A stretch of 64,000 nucleotides of DNA from an uncultured Candidatus Rokubacteria bacterium (GCA_963754315.1 CAVWFS010000018.1:544001-608000); one strand, 5' to 3'. Shown: positions 1-10,177, numbered from the stretch's first letter. Program-made: numbers and translations. The notes: generated by a model not told the origin, from the sequence alone.

Positions 1-44
1 GTGCGGGCCTGCGCCTGCGCCAGTCGGCGTTCCTCCTCGGTCAT
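1..44 (-). CDS. 5' end of a gene running off the window edge (MTEEERRLAQAQAR...), possibly an MGH1/GH63-like glucosidase
   Basis: ATG at 44 with strong AGGAGG RBS; N-terminus recalls MGH1-like glucosidases; only 14 codons visible. Confidence 0.4.
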   Translation of the reverse strand, partial: MTEEERRLAQAQAR

Positions 45-175
45 CGTCTCCTCCTTCCCGGAGAACGGATCCCATCATGGATGGCGTCCTCGGCCGAGTT
101 ACCGTACCATCGGGTGGCGAATCGTCTAACATCTCTGCGGTTCGCGATCGAGTGTAAACGCACGGGAGCCTGCCC

Positions 176-1165
176 ATGAACGAGATTGCACTGCGCTTCA
201 CCCAGCACGTACGTGCGGAAGCGGTCCGCCTCGGCGATCTGTCGATCGTCCTTTACCAGCTGGCGCTCGCGGGCAAGCTGATTGCTCGCGAGCTGGCGCG
301 CGCGGCCTTGATCGGTCAGCTTGGCCAGGCCGGGAAGGTCAACATCCAGGGCGAGCAGGTGAAGAAGCTCGACCTGTGGGCCAACGAGACGGTCGTTCAG
401 GCACTGGACGCGAGCGGGCTCGTGGGTGTCGTCCTCTCCGAGGAGATGGACGAGCCGCTCTACCTCGGGGAGGGCCGCTACGTCGTGTGCATCGATCCCG
501 TCGATGGCTCCTCGAACCTAGACGTGAACGGTATTGTCGGCACCATCTTCTCGGTGCGGCCACGGCGAAACAAGGGGCGCCAGGGCGCAAGCGACGACGC
601 CATGCAGCCTGGCACTGCCCAGGTGGCGGCCGGCTACATCATGTACGGGCCGGGCACGGTCCTCGTGTACACGGCGGGAGGGGGTGTCCACGCCTTCACC
701 TTGGAGCCGAGCCTCGGCGAGTTCATCCAGTCGCACGAGGACATTCGTATTCCGCATCGCGGCCACATCTACAGCGTCAACGACGGCAATGCTCCTCTCT
801 GGCCCGATGGGGTCCAGCGTTTCATCGAGTATCTGCGCGCCTCCGACAAGGCCACGGGGCGACCCTACACGGCGCGCTACGTGGGATCCATGGTGGCGGA
901 CGTCCACCGCACGTTGCTGGAGGGCGGGATCTTCCTCTACCCGGCGGTGATGGGCGCCGACGGCACCCGGAGGGGCAAGCTCAGATTACAGTACGAGGTG
1001 GCGCCGATGGGGTTTCTTGTCGAGCAGGCGGGCGGCTCGGCCAGCACGGGGAGCGAGCGCGTTCTCGATATTCGCCCGACCTCCCCCCATCAACGCGTGT
1101 CCATCATCCTCGGCAGTCGGGACGATGTGACGCTGGCCGAGGAATTCATGTCAGGCCGACGCTGA
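176..1165 (+). CDS. fbp: Class 1 fructose-1,6-bisphosphatase
   Basis: Motifs GEQVKKLD, SEE, DPVDGSSN, RYVGSMVADVHRTL, GKLRLQYE. Confidence 0.95.
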   Translation: MNEIALRFTQHVRAEAVRLGDLSIVLYQLALAGKLIARELARAALIGQLGQAGKVNIQGEQVKKLDLWANETVVQALDASGLVGVVLSEEMDEPLYLGEGRYVVCIDPVDGSSNLDVNGIVGTIFSVRPRRNKGRQGASDDAMQPGTAQVAAGYIMYGPGTVLVYTAGGGVHAFTLEPSLGEFIQSHEDIRIPHRGHIYSVNDGNAPLWPDGVQRFIEYLRASDKATGRPYTARYVGSMVADVHRTLLEGGIFLYPAVMGADGTRRGKLRLQYEVAPMGFLVEQAGGSASTGSERVLDIRPTSPHQRVSIILGSRDDVTLAEEFMSGRR

Positions 1166-1170
1166 AGACC

Positions 1171-2175
1171 ATGCCCGGGTTGATGCTCGCCGGAGACGTC
1201 GGTGGCACCAAGACTGAGTTAGCGCTCTTCGAGGTGCCGCGTTCCCGGACCCCCCTGCGCGAGGCGAAGTATGCCAGTCAGAATTTCCCGGACCTTGGGG
1301 CGATCATCCGGTCGTTCCTGGAGGCGAAGCCCACCGTCTCCATATCCGCCGCCTGCTTCGGGGTGCCCGGGCCCGTCATCGAAGGACGTTCCACGACCAC
1401 CAACCTGCCTTGGACTCTCGATGAGCGCATGCTGGCCAGGGATATTCCGACCCCCCGCGTGAAACTGCTGAATGATCTCGAGGCGATGGCCTGGGGTGTG
1501 ATGGATCTGCCTCCCCATGAGATGGTGATTCTACAGGAGGGAATCTCGCGCCCGGGTAACATGGCGCTGGTCGCGGCGGGGACTGGCCTCGGGAAGGCGC
1601 TCATGATATGGGACGGCACCCGGCACGTGGTCGTCTCTTCCGAGGGCGGGCATGTCGACTTTGCGCCGCGGAACGAATCGGAGATGGGTCTGCTCGCGTC
1701 TCTCCAGCGTCAGTTCGGCCGCGTCAGTGACGAACGAGTCGTCTCGGGACCGGGTCTCTTCAACATCTACCGCTATCTGCGGACGGTCCGTAACGTGGCC
1801 GAGCCGGCGTGGCTGACTGAGCGGATCGGCCGCGGGGACCCCAGCGCCGCGGTCAGCGAGGCGGGCTTGGCCAACAAGGATCCGGTATGCGTGGAAACGG
1901 TCGACCTCTTCGCTTCCGTGTATGGCGCGGTGGCCGGCAACCTGGCCCTGACCGTTCTAGCGGCGGGCGGCGTTTACCTCGGCGGCGGCATCGCCCCGAA
2001 ACTCAGGACGAAGCTCTCGGATGGCACCTTCGTTCGCGCCTTCCGTGACAAGGGTCGCCTGGCCTCTCTGCTGGAATCGTTCCCCCTCCGCCTGGTCTTG
2101 AACGAACGAGCGCCACTGCTGGGAGCCGCCCGCGTGGCGAGCGAGCTATTTTCGCGGCAGGAGGGAGCGCGATAG
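1171..2175 (+). CDS. glk: Glucokinase
   Basis: LAGDVGGTKT, LNDLEA, GTGLG, SEGGH, GGVYLGGGI; start moved to ATG 1171, just after the fbp stop. Confidence 0.93.
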   Translation: MPGLMLAGDVGGTKTELALFEVPRSRTPLREAKYASQNFPDLGAIIRSFLEAKPTVSISAACFGVPGPVIEGRSTTTNLPWTLDERMLARDIPTPRVKLLNDLEAMAWGVMDLPPHEMVILQEGISRPGNMALVAAGTGLGKALMIWDGTRHVVVSSEGGHVDFAPRNESEMGLLASLQRQFGRVSDERVVSGPGLFNIYRYLRTVRNVAEPAWLTERIGRGDPSAAVSEAGLANKDPVCVETVDLFASVYGAVAGNLALTVLAAGGVYLGGGIAPKLRTKLSDGTFVRAFRDKGRLASLLESFPLRLVLNERAPLLGAARVASELFSRQEGAR

Positions 2176-2456
2176 TCCAAACCCGGTAGCCGTTCTGGTT
2201 ATCGCGGGCCCTCATCACACGAATCCCGACCGCACCAGCTCGACCATCGAGCGTGGCCCTACCACGTAACTCGGGGAGGTCACGGTGGTCTCGGTCCCTG
2301 GCGCCGGCGGTCACGCCGAGCTCGGTGAGGTGGGGATCTTGTCGGATCACCGGACATATGTTCCCCGGGGCGCCCTCCACCGATTCCCAGCCTCGCAAGA
2401 CAGCTTCGCCGGCCGACAGGATGGCAGGCGGAGTCCGCCGGACCGGGCGGAGGCGC

Positions 2457-3692
2457 TCAAAACTGGATGATCAGCTGCGCGCCCACGACGAGCGCGTTCT
2501 TGATCGTGCTGCGCCCGCTGGGATTGATGATGTACTGGATGTCGGGCTGTACCGTCAACCACGGTGTGAGGGCAATCGCGTACGTCCACTCCAGCACCAT
2601 CTCGTAGGTCTGCCCCGGCAAGTGGCGGCTGAATCCGCCATAGAACACGGCCAGCCCCGACGTGTCCTTCTGGCGGCCCGGCAGCAATCCGCGATAGACG
2701 AGGCCAGTGCCGGCGAACCAGGGCAGCGTGTTGATGTTCTGGTCGGGGGCCACCGTGAGGGCAGCGAACACGGTCAGCCCCTGGCCGTTCTCCGGACCGC
2801 CTTCGCGGAAGACCATCTGCTCGCCGAGGGCATAGGCGCCGTAGTTCCCGCGGTGGCGCCGGGTGGGGTCGGAGAACGGCGCATAGAGGTTCGAATCGTA
2901 GTAGGCCCCGATGCGATAGTGGCCGCGGAGCCCTTGCGCTGCTTTCTCGTGGTGCAAGCGGTATCCGACCTCGGCCACGACAAAGTAGCCCGCCTTCGTG
3001 CTGATCGCGAACTGCGCCCCGTTGGTGGCGTCCTGGTCCAGGGCCGGATCCGAATAGAAGGCGCCCACGGAGACCTCGAGCGGCTCCACCGGTATCACGC
3101 GGACGCGCCCACCCCATGTGGCCACGGGCCACGCGGTGACGCCGGGGACGTTGATCTCGACCGCATACACGCTGGGGTCGAGGGCGGTGTTCACGAAGAG
3201 GCCGGCGATGGGCAGGGCCAGGAAGTCGTCGGTGGTGGCAAAGCGACCGGCCTTGATGCTGATGCGCTTGCTGAGAAGCGTCTGCTCGAGGAACAAGGTG
3301 TAGAGACGCAGCCGGTCGCCGGCAAAGAGCTCGGCCACCGGAAAGATGTTGCCGATATCGTCGGACAGATCGGAGCCGGTCGACCAGACGCCTGAGACCT
3401 GGAAGGTCAGACCGTGAAACCCGAGTAGTGTCTTCAGATCGACACTCACGCCGGCCTCCAGGGCGCCTGCGTAGGCCGCCCGCTGGCGCTGTCCGCCGAT
3501 TGGATTTCCCTGGAGATCGGTCGAATAGACGATGGTTGGCGTGATGCCGGCCTGCGTGAGTGCCTCCCTCACGCCGAACCAGCTCCCGGTCATCGCCGGC
3601 TGCCCGAGCCACGACTGGACCCAGGAATTCTCGCCGGCCGGCGCCGGCGTGACGGTCGCCGCGATGATCGTCAGGACGATCAGCCAGCGCAC
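2457..3692 (-). CDS. oprB: Carbohydrate-selective porin, OprB family
   Basis: Signal peptide, TGSWFGVREAL N-terminal motif, C-terminal VQPDIQYIINP...QF barrel signature. Confidence 0.88.
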   Translation of the reverse strand: MRWLIVLTIIAATVTPAPAGENSWVQSWLGQPAMTGSWFGVREALTQAGITPTIVYSTDLQGNPIGGQRQRAAYAGALEAGVSVDLKTLLGFHGLTFQVSGVWSTGSDLSDDIGNIFPVAELFAGDRLRLYTLFLEQTLLSKRISIKAGRFATTDDFLALPIAGLFVNTALDPSVYAVEINVPGVTAWPVATWGGRVRVIPVEPLEVSVGAFYSDPALDQDATNGAQFAISTKAGYFVVAEVGYRLHHEKAAQGLRGHYRIGAYYDSNLYAPFSDPTRRHRGNYGAYALGEQMVFREGGPENGQGLTVFAALTVAPDQNINTLPWFAGTGLVYRGLLPGRQKDTSGLAVFYGGFSRHLPGQTYEMVLEWTYAIALTPWLTVQPDIQYIINPSGRSTIKNALVVGAQLIIQF

Positions 3693-3702
3693 GGGGCTGC
3701 GC

Positions 3703-4981
3703 TCAGAACTGGATCGTGATCTGGGCGCCGATCACGAGGGCGTTCTTCGTGCTGGACCGGCCGGCGGGATTGATGACGTACTGGATGTCCGGTTGGACGG
3801 TGAGCCACGGGGTGAGCGCGCATCGTGTGGGTCAGCTCGAGCACGGTCTCCACGCTCTGCCCGGGCAAGTCGCGGCTGAACGCCCCGATGTACGCGGCGA
3901 AGGCGGTGATGTCCTTGGGGCGGCTCCGCAGCAATCCGCGGTAGACCACCCCAGCGGATACGAAGAGGGGGATGGTGTTGATGCTCTCGAGGGGAGCGAA
4001 CACGAGGCTGCCGCCCACGCCCAGGACGCGCTGACTCTCCGGGCCGCCTTCACGGTAGACGATCTGGTCGGCCAGCACGTAGACACCCCAGTTTCCCCGG
4101 CGCACGGTTTGCGGATCGCGGAACGTCGGGAACCGATTGGAGTCGTAGTAGCCACCCAGCCGATACGTACCGGGCATCCCGCCGGCGCCTTCCCCCCGGT
4201 TGTGCAGGTACGCGAGCTCGACCATGGCGAGGTAGCCCGTCCCCGTCACATCGATTCCGAAGTCGATGCCGGCGGTGGTGGCCAGATCCCGAGCGGGGTT
4301 CGAGTAAAACATTCCGACCGTCGCCGTGAACCAATCCAAGGGCTTGGCGCGGACTCGTGCGCCCAAGGTTCCGATGGGGGCCGCCGTGAAGCCCGGCACG
4401 TTGATCTGGGTGGCAAAGATGGCCGGATTGAGCGCGATGTTGACGAAGAAGGTGTACTGGGGCCAGCTCAGGAAGTCGTCGCCAGGCGCGAAGCGCCCCA
4501 GCTTGATGTCCAGGCGGCCCTCGAAGAGGGACTGGTCCAGGTACAACGTGTAGAGTCGTACCCGATCGCCCGCAAAGGATTGGGCCACCACGAAGAAGTT
4601 ACCGATGTCGTCGTTCGAGAGGTCGGTGCCCGAGGCCCAGTTGCCCGAGATGTTGAAGGTCAGCCCATCGAGGCCCGCCAACTTGCCGAGGTCGAACGTC
4701 AGGTCCGCGTTGAGCTGGCCCGCATAGGCTATTCCCTGCCGGCGGCCGCCCACCGGATTCCCGAGCACATCGGCCGTGTAGCTTATCGTGGGGGTGATAC
4801 CCCGCTGGGTCAGCGTCTCCCGCATACCGGACCACGCGCCGGTGAGACCAGGCCCGGTGAGCCAGGCTTCGATCCATGAGGGCTCGCTGGCCTGGGCCTC
4901 CTGGGTGTCGACCGTGCACAGCAATCCCACGACGACCCCGAGCAGGTGAAGCCAAGCAGCCGCGCTGCGGTTGGCAGACAT
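3703..4981 (-). CDS. oprB: Second OprB-family porin (frameshift near 3820)
   Basis: Paralog of neighbour; C-terminus ALTPWLTVQPDIQYVINPAGRSSTKNALVIGAQITIQF* lies in a shifted frame ending at TGA 3703-3705. Confidence 0.85.
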
Positions 4982-5093
4982 ACGGGTGCTCTCGATGGTC
5001 CGCCACGGCTTCGTGACAAGTCAAGATTGCCGACAACGCGGGGAAACTGTGCCACACTTCCGCCATGCGTTCCGCCCGATCCCCGAACCGTTC

Positions 5094-5405
5094 GTGAGTG
5101 GTCCGCGCGCGCTAGCGACCGTCCAGCTCGACAACGCTCGGGTGCGAGTGACGGAGTGGCGCTTCGAGCCGGGCACGGCCACCGGTCATCACCGGCACCA
5201 GTACGACTACGTGGTCGTGCCGCTCACCACGGGTCCCTTGACCATTGTCACCGCGGCCGGAGAGACGACAGCGGACCTGGTGACTGGCCGCTCATACTTC
5301 CGGCAGGCGGGTGTGGAGCACGACGTGCGCAACGCGAATCCGTTCGTCTTCGTCTTCGTCGAGATCGAGATCAAGCACATGGCTGAGGGTGGCCATGCTG
5401 AGTGA
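5094..5405 (+). CDS. Cupin domain protein
   Basis: DNARVRVTEWRFEPGTATGHHRH...GVEHDVRN cupin motifs; GTG 5094 is the likely start. Confidence 0.8.
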   Translation: MSGPRALATVQLDNARVRVTEWRFEPGTATGHHRHQYDYVVVPLTTGPLTIVTAAGETTADLVTGRSYFRQAGVEHDVRNANPFVFVFVEIEIKHMAEGGHAE

Positions 5406-5574
5406 AGAGGCTTTGATCCTGTACGCCTTCTTCATCGGTCTTGGCCTGCTCGCCCTGGGCATCTGGGAGACGCTGGCGCCTTCGCGGTCCCGGATACCGC
5501 CGCGGCCACCGGTCCCCGACCACGTGGCTGAGGACGCGGTTGGCCCTCGCGCTCCTCACGTCAAACCACGCTAA
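5395..5574 (+). CDS. Small single-pass membrane protein, unknown function
   Basis: ATG overlapping cupin 3' end; hydrophobic ALILYAFFIGLGLLALGIW followed by Pro-rich tail. Confidence 0.4.
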   Translation: MLSEEALILYAFFIGLGLLALGIWETLAPSRSRIPPRPPVPDHVAEDAVGPRAPHVKPR

Positions 5575-5744
5575 TGGCACGCACGAAATCCCGGCGCAGG
5601 GTCAGACCGAGCCCTGGACGTTCGGGCACGCCCACGTAGCCATCCTCGAGCTCGAAGGGTTCCTCGACCGCCCGAAGTCGCTCGTCTGGGCCCGCTCAGG
5701 GGGGATGAGGGCACGGAGCCAGGAGGCCCGAACGGACGCGATCT

Positions 5745-6803
5745 TCACGACGGCGCCAGACTCTGGCGGCGGATCTCCTCGAGAAGCGCGTCGGGAATTT
5801 CCAGGAATGCCTCGACGATAGCGGGGTCGAAGTGCGAGCCTGCCGAGCGCCTGAGCTCGGTGCGGGCAGCATCGACGGCAATGGCCGTCGAGTACGGGCG
5901 GTCCACGGTCATGGCATCGAAGGCGTCCACGACCGCAAAGATGCGCGCGCCCACCGGGATCTCGTCCCCACGCAGGTGGTCGGGGTATCCCGTGCCGTCC
6001 CAGCGCTCGTGATGGTGGCGGACGATGGGCAAGGCGCCTTCCAGAAACGGGATGTCGCGGATGAGTTGCGCCCCGATCTCGGGATGTCGGCGCATGACGG
6101 CCCACTCCTCGCCGGTAAGCTTTCCAGGCTTGAGGAGAATGGCATCGGGAATTCCGATCTTGCCAATGTCATGCAGGAGCACGCCGTGGGCCAGATGGGT
6201 CATCTCGTCTTCCGACAGCCCGTAGGCCCTGGCCGCAGCCAGCGCATAGCCGTGAACCCTTCGCGAGTGGGCCTCTGTCCCGACGTCGCGCGTGTCGAGG
6301 GCCGAGCCGAGAGCGCGCAGGGTGGCCCGGTACGTCGCCTGGAGCTGATGGTAGGCGGCCTCCAGATCGCGGGTCGCCTCTGCCACCCGCCGTTCCAAGG
6401 TCGCCTGGTAGTCTCGTCGCTCGATGAGGAGCTGGCGGCGCTCGAGCGCCCGCTCGGCGGCCACCAGGAGCGCGTCGATGTCCACGGGCTTCATGATGAA
6501 GTCGTGGGCACCACGCTTGAGACAGTCAATGGCCGTCTTGATGTCGCCTGCTCCAGTGAGGACGATGACAGCGGCGTCGGGATCCTCGTTGCGCAGCTCG
6601 TTCAGCAACGCGCTCCCGTCCATCAAGGGCATACTCAAGTCGGTCACAATGAGGGGAGGACGCCAGGCGCGGAAGGCCTCCAGCCCGGCCTGGCCGTCGG
6701 ACGCCTGCTGGGTGCGATATCCCGCCGTCACGAAGATCTGCTGGAGCACATCGCGAATTTGGGGGTCGTCGTCGACGATCAGGACGCCCTTGGCCTCGAC
6801 CAC
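5745..6803 (-). CDS. Response regulator with HD-GYP c-di-GMP phosphodiesterase domain (RpfG-like)
   Basis: REC (IVDDD, TDLSMP, KP) plus HDIGK...HHERWDGTGYP. Confidence 0.92.
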   Translation of the reverse strand: MVEAKGVLIVDDDPQIRDVLQQIFVTAGYRTQQASDGQAGLEAFRAWRPPLIVTDLSMPLMDGSALLNELRNEDPDAAVIVLTGAGDIKTAIDCLKRGAHDFIMKPVDIDALLVAAERALERRQLLIERRDYQATLERRVAEATRDLEAAYHQLQATYRATLRALGSALDTRDVGTEAHSRRVHGYALAAARAYGLSEDEMTHLAHGVLLHDIGKIGIPDAILLKPGKLTGEEWAVMRRHPEIGAQLIRDIPFLEGALPIVRHHHERWDGTGYPDHLRGDEIPVGARIFAVVDAFDAMTVDRPYSTAIAVDAARTELRRSAGSHFDPAIVEAFLEIPDALLEEIRRQSLAPS

Positions 6804-6805
6804 CT

Positions 6806-7579
6806 TCAGAACGTCTGTTCCACGGGCGGATGTCCACCCGCCACTTGGTTCTTGCCGCCGCGCTTGGCGACGTAGAGAGCCTCGTCGGCGATCCGGACGA
6901 GATCCTCGGAGGTTTCCGCCTCATCGTCGGGCAGGCTGGCCACGCCGAAGCTGGCGGTGACCCGCATCCCATGGGCGTATGGAAAGTTCGAGATGATCTG
7001 TCGGATCCTCTCCGCGTAGAGCGTGGCCCCCGCCTTGGAGGTTTCCACGAGCAGGATCGAGAACTCGTCACCACCATAGCGAGCGACCACGTTGATCCCG
7101 CGCGAGTACCTCATCAGGACCTGACTGATGTCGCGCAACGTCTCGTCGCCGATCATGTGGCCCTGCTCGTCGTTGACCTCTTTGAACCCATCGAGGTCAA
7201 AGAGGACGACCGCCACCGGGTGACCGAAACGCCGATGCCGAGAGATCTCCTCCTCCAGGCGGACGAATAGGAAGCGTCGATTGTACAGTCCAGTCAACTC
7301 GTCCTTGAACGATGTTTCCTTCAGCCTGGTGTTGGTATTCTCCAGCTCCTTGAGGGCCTCGGCCAAACGCTCCTGGGCGCGGGTCAGCTCGGCTGCCTGC
7401 TGGGCCACCGTTGCCCGAAGCTGGGCGAGGGAATCGGAGTCGGATCCGGCGGGATCAGCGGGTGGCTCGCTGTCCCCGTAGCGCTCCGGGGGCAGGGCGC
7501 GATTCAGGGCGGCCAGGAGGATCCCACGAAGCCTGGAGCGGCTCTGGCGTGCGCGGGTATCCGGTTGAGCGTCCGCCAT
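6806..7579 (-). CDS. Diguanylate cyclase (coiled coil + GGDEF)
   Basis: DELTGLYNRR, DLDGFKEVND, RYGGDEF, ADEALYVAK; likely start ATG 7579. Confidence 0.92.
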   Translation of the reverse strand: MADAQPDTRARQSRSRLRGILLAALNRALPPERYGDSEPPADPAGSDSDSLAQLRATVAQQAAELTRAQERLAEALKELENTNTRLKETSFKDELTGLYNRRFLFVRLEEEISRHRRFGHPVAVVLFDLDGFKEVNDEQGHMIGDETLRDISQVLMRYSRGINVVARYGGDEFSILLVETSKAGATLYAERIRQIISNFPYAHGMRVTASFGVASLPDDEAETSEDLVRIADEALYVAKRGGKNQVAGGHPPVEQTF

Positions 7580-7636
7580 CGCTCGGATTATTCGGTTGCC
7601 GCCCCCGCCTGTCAATGTCAGAATTCCTCCAGCCCC

Positions 7637-7870
7637 ATGGTGATCGTTCCGGATCGAAAAATCGACTGTGTGGGGCTATTTTGCCCGATGCCAATTCTGA
7701 AGACACGTGAAGCCATGAAGCTCATCGAGCCGGGGCAAGTCCTCGAGATGACGTCCGACGACCCGGCGTCGGAAGCCGATGTCAAGAGTTGGTCGGCACG
7801 GACGGGGAACCAGCTGGTGTCGATGGAGCGGAGCGGGCCCGTATTCCGCTTTCTCATCCGCAAGACCTGA
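7637..7870 (+). CDS. tusA: TusA-family sulfur carrier
   Basis: IDCVGLFCPMP (CPxP) and GQVLEMTSDDP. Confidence 0.9.
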   Translation: MVIVPDRKIDCVGLFCPMPILKTREAMKLIEPGQVLEMTSDDPASEADVKSWSARTGNQLVSMERSGPVFRFLIRKT

Positions 7871-7875
7871 GCGAG

Positions 7876-9018
7876 TTGCACGCATACCTCGACTACGCGG
7901 GCTTCGCTCCCGTTGATCCGCGTGTTACCGCCGTCATGCGCCCCTTTCTGGAAGGGGGGGCCGGGAACCCCTCGGCTCCGCACTCGCTCGGCCTGGAAGC
8001 GCGCGAAGCGCTTGACGGATCCCGTGCCAAGATCGCTCGTTTGATCGGAGCCACTCCCTCCGGGGTCATCTTCACGGCCAGTGCTACCGAAGCCAACAAC
8101 CTAGCCCTCAAGGGCGTCGCTCAGCTCGTGCCCGGGTGCCACGTGATCACCTCCGCCATCGAGCACATCTCGGTGCTGCACGCCTGCCGCGACCTCGAGA
8201 AGCGTGGCCACACCGTGACCTACCTATCCGTCGACAGCGAGGGCTACGTAGATCCAGCAGCGGTGGAGCGGGCGCTCCGTCCCGACACGCGCCTGGTCTC
8301 GATCATGGCGGCCAACGGAGAGATCGGCACGATTCAGCTCATCCGACAGATCGGGAGCCTCACGCGTGGTCGAGCCGTGCCGCTTCACGTTGACGCTGTA
8401 GGAGCAGCCGGCCGCATTCCTCTCTCGGTCGACGAGTGCGGCATCGATCTACTGACTCTGTCGTCCAACGACATGTACGGTCCACCCGGAACGGGGGCTC
8501 TCTGGGTGCGCCCCACGGTACAACTGATGCCCCAGATCCTGGGGGGAGCGCAGGAAGGTGGCCGGCGGGCCGGGACAGAGAATCTGCCCGCCATCGCCGG
8601 CATGGGGGTGGCTGCGGATTTGCTGCGCGTCGAGGGACCCGCCGAAGCCGTCCGCCTGGCGGGCTTGCGTGATCGCTTGCTACAGGGAACTTTGGAGCGC
8701 ATTGCAGGGGCTGTCGTCACGGGCGCGCGGGCGCGCCGGCGGCTCCCCCATCAGGCGAGCGTGGCCGGCCTAGGCGTCAAGGTCGACGCGTTCCTGCTCG
8801 AACTTGACCTGTGTGGGGTGGCCGCCTCGTCGGGATCGGCCTGCGCCGGCCTGACCGGTGAGCCGTCGCACGTGCTCCGTGCTATCGGCTGCGACCCGGT
8901 CACCGCCGAGGGTTCGGTGGCATTTACGCTCGGGCGCTGGACCACGTCGGGCGAGATCGACTACGTCCTCGATATCTTGCCCGTGGTCGTCGATCGACTC
9001 CGTCGTCACGCATCCTGA
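7876..9018 (+). CDS. iscS: IscS/NifS-family cysteine desulfurase homolog with Asp in place of the PLP lysine
   Basis: YLDYA, GNPS, ATEANN, IEH, GTEN, SSGSAC present; SSNDMYGP instead of SGHKxYGP. Confidence 0.85.
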   Translation: MHAYLDYAGFAPVDPRVTAVMRPFLEGGAGNPSAPHSLGLEAREALDGSRAKIARLIGATPSGVIFTASATEANNLALKGVAQLVPGCHVITSAIEHISVLHACRDLEKRGHTVTYLSVDSEGYVDPAAVERALRPDTRLVSIMAANGEIGTIQLIRQIGSLTRGRAVPLHVDAVGAAGRIPLSVDECGIDLLTLSSNDMYGPPGTGALWVRPTVQLMPQILGGAQEGGRRAGTENLPAIAGMGVAADLLRVEGPAEAVRLAGLRDRLLQGTLERIAGAVVTGARARRRLPHQASVAGLGVKVDAFLLELDLCGVAASSGSACAGLTGEPSHVLRAIGCDPVTAEGSVAFTLGRWTTSGEIDYVLDILPVVVDRLRRHAS

Positions 9019-9070
9019 CGGTGGGCCTCTTCGTGCCCGACCGCGTCGGGATGCTCGCGCTGACCCGCGG

Positions 9071-9520
9071 GTGAGACTACTCGTTATCTGGCTGCATCTG
9101 CTCGCCGTCGTGGTGTGGATCGGCGGGGTGCTCCAGCAATCCTTGCTCTGGCTTCCCACGGCGCGAGCCCAGCGTGCCGATGCCTTCCTGGTCGCTGCCC
9201 GGCGCGCGCGGCGGCTGACGTGGACGGCCGTGACGACCGTGGTTCTGACGGGCTTCTACAACGTCACTCAGCTCGGCCCCATCGAGCAGGTCATGCAGAG
9301 CGGGGTGGCCCTCACCTTGGCCGGCAAGTTCATGCTGGTGATCCTGGCGGTTGCTCTCGCCGGCCAGCGTGACTTCGCAGAGCTTCCACGTGCCGAGGCG
9401 CTCCTCGCCGCCGGTCAGGAGCCGACACCAGCGCTCAGGGCCATGGCCCGACTGGATCGCCTCGTCCTGGTCCTGGGAGCCGCTATGATCTACCTCGGCC
9501 TGACCCTTACACCCCGGTGA
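9071..9520 (+). CDS. CopD-like/DUF4149 four-TM membrane protein
   Basis: WLHLLAVVVWIGG motif, LAGKF, four hydrophobic segments. Confidence 0.65.
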   Translation: MRLLVIWLHLLAVVVWIGGVLQQSLLWLPTARAQRADAFLVAARRARRLTWTAVTTVVLTGFYNVTQLGPIEQVMQSGVALTLAGKFMLVILAVALAGQRDFAELPRAEALLAAGQEPTPALRAMARLDRLVLVLGAAMIYLGLTLTPR

Positions 9521-10151
9521 TCTTGATCCCGGAGTTCTTGAGCTTGTAGCGCCGGTTGATGGTGGCGAGGACGGCGGTGATGCCCTCCAGCGGACCGGCG
9601 TTGGTGAGGGGTCCGACATCGAGGCTGCGTAGTCCCATCGAGTCTGCCAGCTCGATCACGACTTGCTTGGCCGCAAGGTCGCCGCCGCACAAGAGGAGAT
9701 CGCATTCGATTGCGTGTTGTGTGGCGGATAGCTCGTGGGCCGCGATGTGGTGAAAGGCGGCGACCACCTTCGCGTGGGGGAGCAGGTCCTGGACCTCCTC
9801 CGCCGCCGATCCGGAGGGCGGTGGCGTGAACAGCCGTCCTCCCCCGAAGGTGAGGGGAACGACCGTGCTGATCACCACCTTGTCCCGACAGCCGTCGCGC
9901 AGCTCGGGTAGGGTGCGCGCGAGGCCCTCGGCAGGCAAGGCGACCACGACGACCTGTCCTCGTCGGGCCGCCTCCGCATTGCTTTCACCGGTGATCGACT
10001 CTCGGCCCGTGAGCTGGCGTAGCTCCGCGGCCTTGGCCCTCGCGCGTTCGGTATCGCGCGACCCGATTACGATCGCGTGCCCGGCGCGGGCCCAGCGGGC
10101 CGCTAGGCCCGCTCCCTCTTTGCCTGTGCCACCGAGGATCGCCACGTTCAT
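9507..10151 (-). CDS. npdG: NADPH-dependent F420 reductase
   Basis: GGTGKEGAGLAARWA, IGSR, GSAAE, VVAAFH, INRRYK...GIKITG. Confidence 0.93.
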   Translation of the reverse strand: MNVAILGGTGKEGAGLAARWARAGHAIVIGSRDTERARAKAAELRQLTGRESITGESNAEAARRGQVVVVALPAEGLARTLPELRDGCRDKVVISTVVPLTFGGGRLFTPPPSGSAAEEVQDLLPHAKVVAAFHHIAAHELSATQHAIECDLLLCGGDLAAKQVVIELADSMGLRSLDVGPLTNAGPLEGITAVLATINRRYKLKNSGIKITGV

Positions 10152-10177
10152 TCAGGAGTTCTCCGGACCAGACGACG

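Noticed and set aside
376..1170. Long N-terminal extension of glucokinase in the ORF track
   Set aside because: Out-of-frame overlap with fbp; a high-GC artefact.
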